From: a virus
Taxonomy: Duplodnaviria > Heunggongvirae > Uroviricota > Caudoviricetes
IMG/VR virus record: IMGVR_UViG_2531839454_000022
Span: 1-5,807 of that record
Direction: 5' to 3' (one strand)
DNA: 5,807 nucleotides
A model generated the notes under the pieces. It was not told where the DNA came from, made no database searches, and saw only the letters and a list, made by a program, of their open reading frames with translations. The position numbers and the translations under genes were made by a program. Positions 1 to 5,807 of the stretch are shown in pieces (position 1 is the stretch's first letter; each line of letters opens with the position of its first letter).

Positions 1-132
1 ATTCGCTGCATTCTAGTGGATTCCATTAAGAAAACAATGACATACACTCAAACACATCTTTTTTATCAACAGTGAATTTCAGTTCGGCCAGTTTTTACCA
101 GCTATTATAAAAATAGCATCCATATAAAGTTT

Positions 133-235
133 TTACCCCACAGGTACAGCTGGCCATTCGATAACCGCACTAAGGAAGTGCCAACACGATATCAGCAAGA
201 CCCGATATTTCTTCCATGCCGCCAGCAACGATGTT
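133..235 (-). pseudogene. Relic of the 3' end (~30 codons plus stop) of a second, diverged tfa-like gene
   Basis: DNA similarity to tfa 820..920 (e.g. shared CTGGCCATTC, CCCGATA, CCAGCAACGA blocks). The minus-strand translation ...[13 protein letters not shown]...IEWPVAPVG-stop parallels the tfa C-terminus ...[13 protein letters not shown]...IEWPVAPIG-stop. Similarity begins exactly at the stop codon and is lost upstream of ~235, where AT-rich sequence begins. Confidence 0.5.
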
Positions 236-389
236 AAGGTTAAATTAATTATAAAAAAATATATTATAATTCCATCCTCGCATTAAATTTTAACCTTTAA
301 TCTCCACACGGAACAAGTTGCATAGGTGACTATATTAGGAAAACTTATAACCACCAAAACATTTGCTTTGCAAACAAAAACAGTGACCA

Positions 390-418
390 TTGACTCTAAG
401 AAAATTCCGATCTATTGT
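390..418 (+). promoter_or_regulatory. Candidate sigma70 promoter (TTGACT -35, 17-bp spacer, TATTGT -10) reading rightward into the AT-rich segment
   Basis: TTGACT at 390..395, 17-nt spacer, TATTGT at 413..418. An 8-bp palindrome TTTGCAAA (367..374) lies just upstream. Sequence-pattern prediction only, in AT-rich DNA where such matches occur by chance. Confidence 0.25.
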
Positions 419-452
419 TAGGGTCATCAAAGTTACTTAACAGTATTCCGAA

Positions 453-554
453 ATGAAAATACAAAGCAAGCTAATTGTCTTATTAAACATTATCATTGCA
501 TTTATATTATTTGAGCTTTTAGCTCAAAAATTTGGTTTGAGTACATTATTTTAA
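453..554 (+). CDS. Hypothetical 33-aa small hydrophobic (single predicted transmembrane helix) peptide MKIQSKLIVLLNIIIAFILFELLAQKFGLSTLF
   Basis: ATG at 453, TAA at 552-554; about 35 nt downstream of the candidate promoter and upstream of the + strand terminator at 704..736. No convincing Shine-Dalgarno; below the ORF-track length cutoff. Could equally be a non-coding region. Confidence 0.2.
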   Translation: MKIQSKLIVLLNIIIAFILFELLAQKFGLSTLF

Positions 555-703
555 AGCAAGATAAACAATATCGGGCACTCTAGTTTTTATAATTAACAAT
601 TAAACGTCCATAAAATGTTATTTACTTTTGTTCGCTATTGTCATATCTTAATATAGTGGCTTACGCCACTCTACTTTCATCACATTTTGTACGTTTATGT
701 ACT

Positions 704-736
704 CGCCATGAAGCTCTTTCATGGCGATTTTTTATT
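704..736 (+). terminator. Strong rho-independent terminator on the + strand (opposite to the phage late genes)
   Basis: CGCCATGAA-GCTCT-TTCATGGCG: 9-bp perfect stem (704..712 / 718..726), 5-nt loop, followed by A-TTTTTT-ATT (727..736). On the minus strand the hairpin is not followed by a T-run, so it is unidirectional for + strand transcripts. Confidence 0.55.
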
Positions 737-819
737 CTTAATCCAAGAACATACTCCCTACCTATAGCAAAATCACTTTTTGAACAAAAGAATAACGTAT
801 TTAGGTAATCATTACGAAT

Positions 820-1401
820 TTACCCTATAGGTGCTACTGGCCATTCAATATCCGGTGCAGTTGTTGTATTAACACGGTTCAGCAACACCCGATACTTTTT
901 CCAGGCTTCCAGCAACGAGTTTTCTTCCTCCGTTGCGATTTCCAGATCTACAGCATCCTGAAGTGGCGCAATATGCTCATTCGCTGCCTGCATCAGGCTG
1001 TTTTTTGTTTCTTCCGCCTCCCGGATCCGGAATAGTTTTTCTGCTTCTGCATCTTTCACCCAGGCTGTGCCGTTCCACTTCTGAAACTCCCCTTCCGGGG
1101 ATAACCAGGTGACATTTTCCGGTAATGAGCCGAGTTCAGAAATAAATAACGCGTCGCCGGAAGCCACGTCATAAACCGTTTTACCCCGATGGTCTTCAAC
1201 GAGATGCCACGATGCCTCATCACTGTTGAAAACAGCCACAAAGCCAGCAGGAATATCTGGTGGTGCAATATCGGTACTGTTTGCTGGCAGACCTGTATGA
1301 GGCGGAATATATGCGTCACCTTCACCAATAAATTCATTAGTTCCGACCAGCAGATTATAAATTTTTATGGTCCGTGGTTGTTCACTCATTCTGAATGCCA
1401 T
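820..1401 (-). CDS. tfa: Tail fibre assembly protein (chaperone), intact, 193 aa
   Basis: Translation [83 protein letters not shown]... ...[31 protein letters not shown] is near-identical, from memory, to lambda Tfa over its whole length. ATG at 1401-1399 overlaps the stf stop by one base (translational coupling). Confidence 0.9.
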   Translation of the reverse strand: MAFRMSEQPRTIKIYNLLVGTNEFIGEGDAYIPPHTGLPANSTDIAPPDIPAGFVAVFNSDEASWHLVEDHRGKTVYDVASGDALFISELGSLPENVTWLSPEGEFQKWNGTAWVKDAEAEKLFRIREAEETKNSLMQAANEHIAPLQDAVDLEIATEEENSLLEAWKKYRVLLNRVNTTTAPDIEWPVAPIG

Positions 1402-2363
1402 TATGCAAGCCTCACAATATAGTTAAATGCGATGTTTTTGACGGTGTTTTCCGCATTACCAGCAGCGTTAACGGTGATGGTGTGTCCATGTGAACCAATC
1501 GCAACGGAGTGCGTATGAGCACCAATACCGACAGTATGCGCGTGTGCACCTGCAGATGCTGCTGTGCCGGACAGTGAGTGGCTATGATTACCATCTGTAC
1601 TGGTATTAGCTAACCACCCCGTAGACATACCTACTGAGCCTTGTACACCCCAGGTATTTTGACCTGAGCTTGTATAACCATATTGATAAGTATCTTTAAA
1701 AACACTGGGGTTAAATCGACGGCCATCTCTATGGCTGTGATTACCAGCTGCATTCGTGCTGCCACTTAAACTATGAGTATGCGCACCAGTGTTATTCGTG
1801 GATTTAGTGCCGTAATCAAACGATGATGTGGTTTTCGTACCCAAATCCGTACTGGATACGCTGGCGCTGTGGGTGTGCGATTTAATGCCGTCCTGTTCCT
1901 GAGACAATACGGCACGACCACTGGCGGGCTTGCCCTTAATCGTCCAGCCACGCATATCAGGGATCACGCCTGACGGATAAGCGGCTGCAAGTTTCGGGTA
2001 AGCAGATTTGTCAAAAGTCTGCCCCTGCATCAGGGCATAACCAGACGGAACGGTATCTGATGGCCACGGGATTGGTGCGCCGACTGGGTAGCTTTCTGGT
2101 GGAAGATTTTTCGAGGTATAAACTTCTGCCCAGTCTTCCTCAAAACCATAACCGTCTCTTGAAGAACGGTAGAACAGACCACCATTTCTGTAATGCGCCT
2201 TCATCTGCAGGGTCCGGCAACTTCCGACTCCGGTATAGAAGTTAACCAGAATATAGCTGTCGCCAGAGCGGGTGACATTGTAAGCGCCTGATTCGGCATT
2301 CCAGGGAACGCCACCATCCGCATCGGCATATGTATCCGTTGCCCTTCTGGCAAAAGCAGCCAC
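1401..2363 (-). CDS. stf: stf C-terminal fragment (~320 codons, intact frame; analogous to lambda orf-314), receptor-binding His-rich tip
   Basis: Uninterrupted frame ending ...[31 protein letters not shown]-stop. The listed GTG start at 2361-2363 is an ORF-finder artefact; the frame stays open upstream to 2444. The stop codon overlaps the tfa start (TAATG). Confidence 0.75.
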   Translation of the reverse strand: MAAFARRATDTYADADGGVPWNAESGAYNVTRSGDSYILVNFYTGVGSCRTLQMKAHYRNGGLFYRSSRDGYGFEEDWAEVYTSKNLPPESYPVGAPIPWPSDTVPSGYALMQGQTFDKSAYPKLAAAYPSGVIPDMRGWTIKGKPASGRAVLSQEQDGIKSHTHSASVSSTDLGTKTTSSFDYGTKSTNNTGAHTHSLSGSTNAAGNHSHRDGRRFNPSVFKDTYQYGYTSSGQNTWGVQGSVGMSTGWLANTSTDGNHSHSLSGTAASAGAHAHTVGIGAHTHSVAIGSHGHTITVNAAGNAENTVKNIAFNYIVRLA

Positions 2364-2403
2364 ATGCGCGGCGGTTAAAGTAATATCTTTGGAACCATCA
2401 AAC

Positions 2404-2691
2404 TCAACCCAGAAACCGTCTTGGCGTTTGCAGCTTTGTTGCTGTCAATGCGTTACCGTTCAGACTTGCAGACAGCTTGGTTCCAATAACCAGTTCGCCG
2501 GTTGCGTTATCAATAGCAAACGGTCTTAATGTATTCCATCCACCATAAACATCACCTTGATTGGTAAGCAGCAGGTAAGTTTTAGCGCCATCATTACGCC
2601 ATAATGCCCCATACTCCCCACCTATCATTCGAATCTGATTACCACCACGCGCTACAATTTCGTCTGTGGCAAAAAGTTTTTTGCACGACAA
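2404..2691 (-). CDS. stf: stf fragment (tail fibre distal domain piece)
   Basis: Frame piece ...[49 protein letters not shown]..., between the neighbouring stf pieces; frame changes again near 2404-2445. Confidence 0.45.
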   Translation of the reverse strand: MSCKKLFATDEIVARGGNQIRMIGGEYGALWRNDGAKTYLLLTNQGDVYGGWNTLRPFAIDNATGELVIGTKLSASLNGNALTATKLQTPRRFLG

Positions 2692-2705
2692 GTTATCGTT
2701 AACGA

Positions 2706-3134
2706 TTAACGAATGAGACTCATAAAAACCACGCCCACTCTTAAAATCAAGGATAACGTCCGCCGCGATACATTCAGTCGCGGATTTGTTGCCCCAAACT
2801 TATAGGTCGTATCATTAACAACGAGATCAGCACCAGGTGCGGATATTGACAGGCCATCTTCGATAAACGCAAAAACAGGGAAAGCAGCGCCATCAACATA
2901 GAACACAGAGCGCAAATCATCGCCCTTATTACTCATCATTATTGAGTGGATGGCTCGTTCATTGTTTTGATATTGCCAGAACATTCCATAAGCATAACGC
3001 CCCCTGTCAGTCCAGCCACCAGGCATAACAAATCCGTTAAACTCGCAGTTATTCATCGGATCGCCTGCGGTTCGCGTTGCCGTGGTGATAATGACCCTTG
3101 ATGCCAGTTCGCTTACTGAGCCAGCAGAACGCAT
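2706..3134 (-). CDS. stf: stf fragment (tail fibre distal domain piece)
   Basis: Frame piece ...GFVMPGGWTDRGRYAYGMFWQYQNNERAIHSIMMSNKGDDLRSVFYVDGAAFPVFAFIEDGLSISAPGADLVVNDTTYKFG..., contiguous with flanking stf pieces but in a different frame. Confidence 0.45.
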   Translation of the reverse strand: MRSAGSVSELASRVIITTATRTAGDPMNNCEFNGFVMPGGWTDRGRYAYGMFWQYQNNERAIHSIMMSNKGDDLRSVFYVDGAAFPVFAFIEDGLSISAPGADLVVNDTTYKFGATNPRLNVSRRTLSLILRVGVVFMSLIR

Positions 3135-4543
3135 AACAACAACAGGTAATATTTTCCAGATGTTGCACCTGCAGGAGCGTTAACCCGCACATAACGCATA
3201 CCACGCTTATCAGCAAAGTCTGTTTTACTGACCGCGTTAATGTTGTTCAGGAAGCGTCCCTTATCGGGTATATCAGCGCCGTTCTGGTCTTTCTGCAGAC
3301 GTTTCTCTGCATTGTCATAGGCTGATTTTACTGCCTTTGGCGTTGCCGCCAGCGTTTCAGACGTGCTGTTGGTCGCGCTGCTTAGCTGGATTATCCCTTT
3401 CTGTGCTGTCGTTGCATCCTGTGCGGTGTATTTCCCGTTAGCCAGGTCATACGCGGCCTTAACGGCTTTTGGCGTTGCCGCCAGCGTTTCGGACGTACTG
3501 TTGGTCGCACTGCTGAGCTGTACTATCCCCTTTTTCGTCGTGCTCGCATCCTCAAGCGCCACGGCGGATGCAATATCCTCTGCCCGTTTTGCCGCTGTCT
3601 CAGCGCGCGTTGCCGCGGATTCCGCCGTACTTTTGCTCTGTGCTGCCGCCGTCGCACTGCCAGCTGCCTCTGTCGCCTTCGTGGATGCCGTCGTGGCGCT
3701 GCCCTTCGCTGCGGACGCTTGTCTGGTCGCCTCATCTTTTGAAGCAGACGCAGATGATGCCGATGACGCCGCCGAACTGGCGGACGATGCGGCAGCCGTT
3801 TTTGAGGATTCTGCGCTGGTTTCCGACGCTTTCGCGTTCGTTTCGGATGTCTTCGCTGCGGAAGCAGACCTCGCTGCTGCGCTGGCCTGTTCAGTGGCTT
3901 CGCCAGCCTTCGTTGTGGCTGTTGAAGCAGACGATGCGGCGCTTTCTGCCGATTTTCCGGCGGCGGTGGCACTGGCTGAGGCCTGCCCGGCACTTGTTGA
4001 CGCTGCACTGGCAGACGACGCAGCCGCTGTTTTTGAGCCTGCCGCAGCCGAGGCGCTCTGTCCCGCTGCCGTTTCAGAAGACCTGGCGTTGTCTCGACGT
4101 TTTGCCGCCTTCGCGGAATTGCTGCGCCGTTGCCGAGGAAGCGCCTCTGGCGCTGAGTGCGTCGTTTCTGATGATTTGCGCCTCTTTTGAGCGCGCATCC
4201 CGGGCTGAGGTGGCAGCTTCTGACGCTTCGTGGTCGCGGTGGATGCAGAAGTGGCTGCTGATTGTTGTGACGCTGCCGCATTCGTTTCTGACGTTTTCGC
4301 GCAGGCACTGGTAGCTGCCGCGCTTTTTGAGGACTCTGCAGCAGCAGCACTTTTCGATGCTTCATGGCCTTTGTTGATGCCGTTCCTGCGCTGGAAGAGC
4401 TGACTGAGCCGACGAGCGGCCTGTCCGGCTGACGTGCTGGCTGCGCGTGCTGAGCCTGCAGCATCAGTCGCATGGGTTGCCGCCTCACGGCGATGTGCCG
4501 GCATCGCGGCTGACTTCTTCGCGGCTGCCGTGTTCTGTGCCAC
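3113..4543 (-). CDS. stf: stf central fragment (Ala/Ser-rich shaft plus tail-fibre repeat motifs); contains internal compensating frameshifts
   Basis: Translation is mostly Ala/Ser/Thr-rich (ASTSAGQA, AKTSETNA...) but includes Arg/Lys-rich islands (e.g. RQKLPPQPGMRAQKRRKSSETTHSAPEALPRQRRSNSAKAAKRRDNA) that look like out-of-frame readings of the same codon family. Confidence 0.5.
   Translation of the reverse strand: MAQNTAAAKKSAAMPAHRREAATHATDAAGSARAASTSAGQAARRLSQLFQRRNGINKGHEASKSAAAAESSKSAAATSACAKTSETNAAASQQSAATSASTATTKRQKLPPQPGMRAQKRRKSSETTHSAPEALPRQRRSNSAKAAKRRDNARSSETAAGQSASAAAGSKTAAASSASAASTSAGQASASATAAGKSAESAASSASTATTKAGEATEQASAAARSASAAKTSETNAKASETSAESSKTAAASSASSAASSASSASASKDEATRQASAAKGSATTASTKATEAAGSATAAAQSKSTAESAATRAETAAKRAEDIASAVALEDASTTKKGIVQLSSATNSTSETLAATPKAVKAAYDLANGKYTAQDATTAQKGIIQLSSATNSTSETLAATPKAVKSAYDNAEKRLQKDQNGADIPDKGRFLNNINAVSKTDFADKRGMRYVRVNAPAGATSGKYYLLLLCVLLAQ
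3314..3535 (-). repeat. Tandem in-gene repeat in stf: two ~90-bp copies encoding KGI(V/I)QLSSATNSTSETLAATPKAVK(A/S)AYD, spaced ~132 bp apart
   Basis: Copies at about 3446..3535 and 3314..3403 are near-identical at DNA and protein level; the motif is a widespread tail-fibre motif. Confidence 0.7.
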
Positions 4544-4606
4544 GCGGACGCGTTACGCGCCACCTCTTCCACCATCAGTTCAAAACGGCGCAGTGCCTCG
4601 GCGGCA

Positions 4607-4894
4607 TCATCCTCCGTCATGCACCGAGAAATCATTCAGTGTGCCCGGCTTTGAGTCCTCATATACGGTGATAATCCCGGCGTGTGACGGCGGGAATCCC
4701 TCCACCAACAGACTGACGCTGTACTGACCATACTCGACGTCCATTGTGTAACGCCCGGCTTCATCCGGGTTTTCTGAGGCCACTGTGTTCACCACCACCG
4801 TGGTGCTGTTGCGCCTGGCCTTTAGCTGAATGGTGCAGTTTTGTATCGGCTTACCTGCGCCATCTTTCAGTACACCTGAAATCCGTACTGCCAT
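4607..4894 (-). CDS. stf: stf N-terminal fragment (95 codons); frame lost after ...PGTLNDF
   Basis: ATG at 4894-4892 preceded by a G-rich RBS; translation matches the Stf N-terminus, then terminates after a frame change near 4620-4640. Confidence 0.6.
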   Translation of the reverse strand: MAVRISGVLKDGAGKPIQNCTIQLKARRNSTTVVVNTVASENPDEAGRYTMDVEYGQYSVSLLVEGFPPSHAGIITVYEDSKPGTLNDFSVHDGG

Positions 4895-4903
4895 ATTCCC
4901 CCC

Positions 4904-4932
4904 ACAAAAAAGCCCGCCTGAACCGGCGGGCT
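4904..4932 (-). terminator. Rho-independent terminator between lom and stf
   Basis: On the minus strand: GCCCGCC-GGTTCA-GGCGGGC 7-bp GC stem (4931..4912) followed by TTTTTTGTGGGG (4911..4900); lies between lom stop (4959) and stf start (4894). Confidence 0.7.
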
Positions 4933-4958
4933 GTCATAACACTGTGTTACCTGGCTAA

Positions 4959-5524
4959 TCAGAATTTATAACCGACACCAACGATGAAACTGTGTCGCCA
5001 GTCACCCTGCCGGAGCCTTCATAAGCAGTCAAGGCCACGGATTCGGTCGGGTTAAACTGCACGCCAGCTCCCCACGCCAGAGACGTGTTGCTGTGGCGAC
5101 CGTCATCACTTCCGGTCAGCACATCGTGCGTTTTCCCTTGTTGTCAGTTACGCGGAATAATCCCCGGAGAAAGTCGACACACGGCTGTAAGCCACCGCCA
5201 TCGCATACGCGCTGAACCATTCATTCACGCGCACAGACGGCCCCGCCATCACGCTGAACCAGCGTTACGCACGGAATCTCATGCCAGCGGGTATCGCTGT
5301 AAGGTTGATCTTCCTGCATACTGAAGACGTACACCCCAGGTGTCCGTAAACTCATAACGGTATTTCACGTTAATCCCGTTCAGATCATCACTGCCGGGAA
5401 CGTTCGTACGGGCATGAAGATACCCTGCGCTCAGTGTGGCCTGCTGCTCAGACGCCCATGCAGGCGCACCGGATACGGCCAGACAGATGGCTGCGGACAA
5501 AATGGCTGCACAAACTTTACGCAT
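4959..5524 (-). pseudogene. lom: lom-like outer membrane protein (Ail/Lom family) gene, frame-disrupted
   Basis: ATG at 5524-5522 preceded by GAGAGG Shine-Dalgarno. N-terminal 65 aa read as signal peptide (MRKVCAAILSAAICLAVSGAPAWA) plus ...GINVKYRYEFTDTWGV, typical of Lom. Further Lom-like segments (SVMAGPSVRVNEWFSAYAMAVAYSRVSTFSGDY; KTHDVLTGSDDGRHSNTSLAWGAGVQFNPTESVALTAYEGSG; GDWRHSFIVGVGYKF-stop at 4959-4961) lie in different frames. Locus length 566 nt is not a multiple of 3. Confidence 0.7.
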
Positions 5525-5545
5525 AATTACCTCTCGCTTTTCTGC

Positions 5546-5573
5546 AATAAAAAAGGCGCCATTTCTGGCGCCC
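5546..5573 (-). terminator. Rho-independent terminator between J-like gene and lom
   Basis: On the minus strand: GGCGCC-AGAAAT-GGCGCC perfect 6-bp GC stem (5572..5555) followed by TTTTTTATT (5554..5546), about 20 nt after the J-like stop codon. Confidence 0.7.
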
Positions 5574-5591
5574 GTATATGGGTTATAAAAT

Positions 5592-5807
5592 TCAGCTGAT
5601 ACTGATGCCTGCGGTGGCTTTCTTCATCACCACAACCAGCAAATCGCTGATACTTGCTGTGGGATACCAGTTATTTACCAGCCATGCTGACACCGAAAAC
5701 TCCAGTGTCATGTGACCGTGACCGGCAGGCATATCAATAACGCCACTGTAAATCAGCGTATTATCCAGCGCGGTACGGTTATAAATTTCAGCACCGTTTT
5801 TCCGCAC
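5592..5807 (-). CDS. 3' end (last ~71 codons) of a tail-tip / host-specificity protein (lambda J-like); the gene continues beyond the right edge of the window
   Basis: Minus-strand open frame running off the window edge with stop at 5592-5594. It sits directly upstream of lom-stf-tfa, matching the lambdoid order J-lom-stf-tfa. Assignment is by synteny only; I do not recognise a diagnostic motif in these 71 residues. Confidence 0.5.
   Translation of the reverse strand: MRKNGAEIYNRTALDNTLIYSGVIDMPAGHGHMTLEFSVSAWLVNNWYPTASISDLLVVVMKKATAGISIS

Larger units (their letters stand above)
1401..4894 (-). pseudogene. stf: Side tail fibre gene (lambda Stf / Rac StfR-like, ~1160 codons), fragmented into at least five reading-frame pieces by multiple +/-1 frame changes
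   Basis: N-terminus MAVRISGVLKDGAGKPIQNCTIQLKARRNSTTVVVN... matches the lambdoid Stf N-terminus. An Ala/Ser/Thr-rich central region, a KGIVQLSSATNSTSETLAATPKAVK motif (twice) and a His-rich C-terminus ([61 protein letters not shown]) are all read from the translation. The pieces are in different frames (4607..4894, 4543..4635, 3113..4543 with internal out-of-frame islands, 2706..3134, 2404..2691, 1401..2363). Confidence 0.8.

Noticed and set aside
1-132. Left-edge sequence: short + strand frame open from position 1 to a stop at 73..75, 10-bp direct repeat AGTTTTTACC at 89..98 and 128..137, AT-rich hairpin GCTATT-ATAAA-AATAGC at 101..117
   Set aside because: Too short and too close to the window edge to interpret; no tRNA-like, att-like or coding signal that I can support.
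1-1401. Possible Pin/Gin-type invertible tail-fibre segment (inverted tfa'/stf' copy, crossover sites, invertase)
   Set aside because: Such switches are common next to stf-tfa in e14/Rac/Mu/P1-type elements, but the tfa relic here is in direct orientation, no invertase ORF is present, and I found no convincing gix/cix-like 26-bp dyad site. An invertase could lie beyond the left edge, which I cannot see.
1056-1422. ORFs 1056..1337 (-) and 1189..1422 (+) overlapping tfa
   Set aside because: Alternative-frame and antisense ORFs entirely inside the well-supported tfa coding sequence; no independent signals.
1401-1800. Histidine-rich GAHTHS / GNHSHS / GSHGHT repeats at the stf C-terminus
   Set aside because: Known, conserved feature of lambda-type side tail fibre tips; not novel.
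1412-2245. ORFs 1412..1594 (-), 1766..1951 (-), 2060..2245 (+) inside the stf C-terminal region
   Set aside because: Out-of-frame or antisense to the intact stf C-terminal frame; translations are not protein-like.
3363-4314. Long + strand ORFs (3363..4190, 275 aa; 3568..4314, 248 aa) antisense to stf
   Set aside because: They lie antisense to the GC-rich, Ala/Ser-codon-dominated central region of stf, where alternative frames are stop-poor by composition. The translations are low-complexity Ala/Leu/Val or Pro/Leu/Ser/Arg runs with no start context. Artefacts of the repetitive stf sequence.
3523-4635. 370-aa Arg/Pro/Gln-rich minus-strand ORF
   Set aside because: Its first ~30 residues (MISRCMTEDDAAEALRRFELMVEEVARNASA) are genuine in-frame Stf sequence; the remainder is a +1 out-of-frame reading of the Ala-rich stf codons (GCN read as CNG gives Arg/Pro/Gln/Leu). 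Not an independent gene; it reflects the stf frameshift near 4540.
4434-5599. + strand ORFs 4434..4727, 4447..4671, 4744..4971, 5085..5324, 5414..5599
   Set aside because: Antisense to stf and lom, and across the lom-stf terminator; no RBS or homology signal. Spurious.
1-5807. CRISPR arrays, tRNA/rRNA genes, IS elements, integrase
   Set aside because: No regularly spaced direct repeats, no tRNA-like GC-rich cloverleaf segments, no terminal inverted repeats flanking a transposase-like frame were seen.

Overview
This window is the distal end of the late (tail) region of a lambdoid prophage, of the kind found in Escherichia/Shigella-type genomes, with all genes on the minus strand in the canonical order J (3' end only) - lom - stf - tfa. 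Only tfa (820..1401) and the last ~320 codons of stf read as clean frames; lom and the N-terminal and central parts of stf are broken by many single-base frame changes. Downstream of tfa lies a ~0.58 kb AT-rich, ORF-poor segment (236..819) followed by a ~100 bp relic of a second tfa 3' end (133..235) in the same orientation. The AT-rich segment carries, on the opposite (+) strand, a plausible sigma70 promoter, a 33-codon hydrophobic small ORF and a strong intrinsic terminator; this is the only candidate for something undescribed, and it is tentative. I see no tRNA, rRNA, CRISPR array, IS element, integrase or invertase. All homology statements come from reading the translations against recalled lambda/Rac-type proteins; no database search was run.
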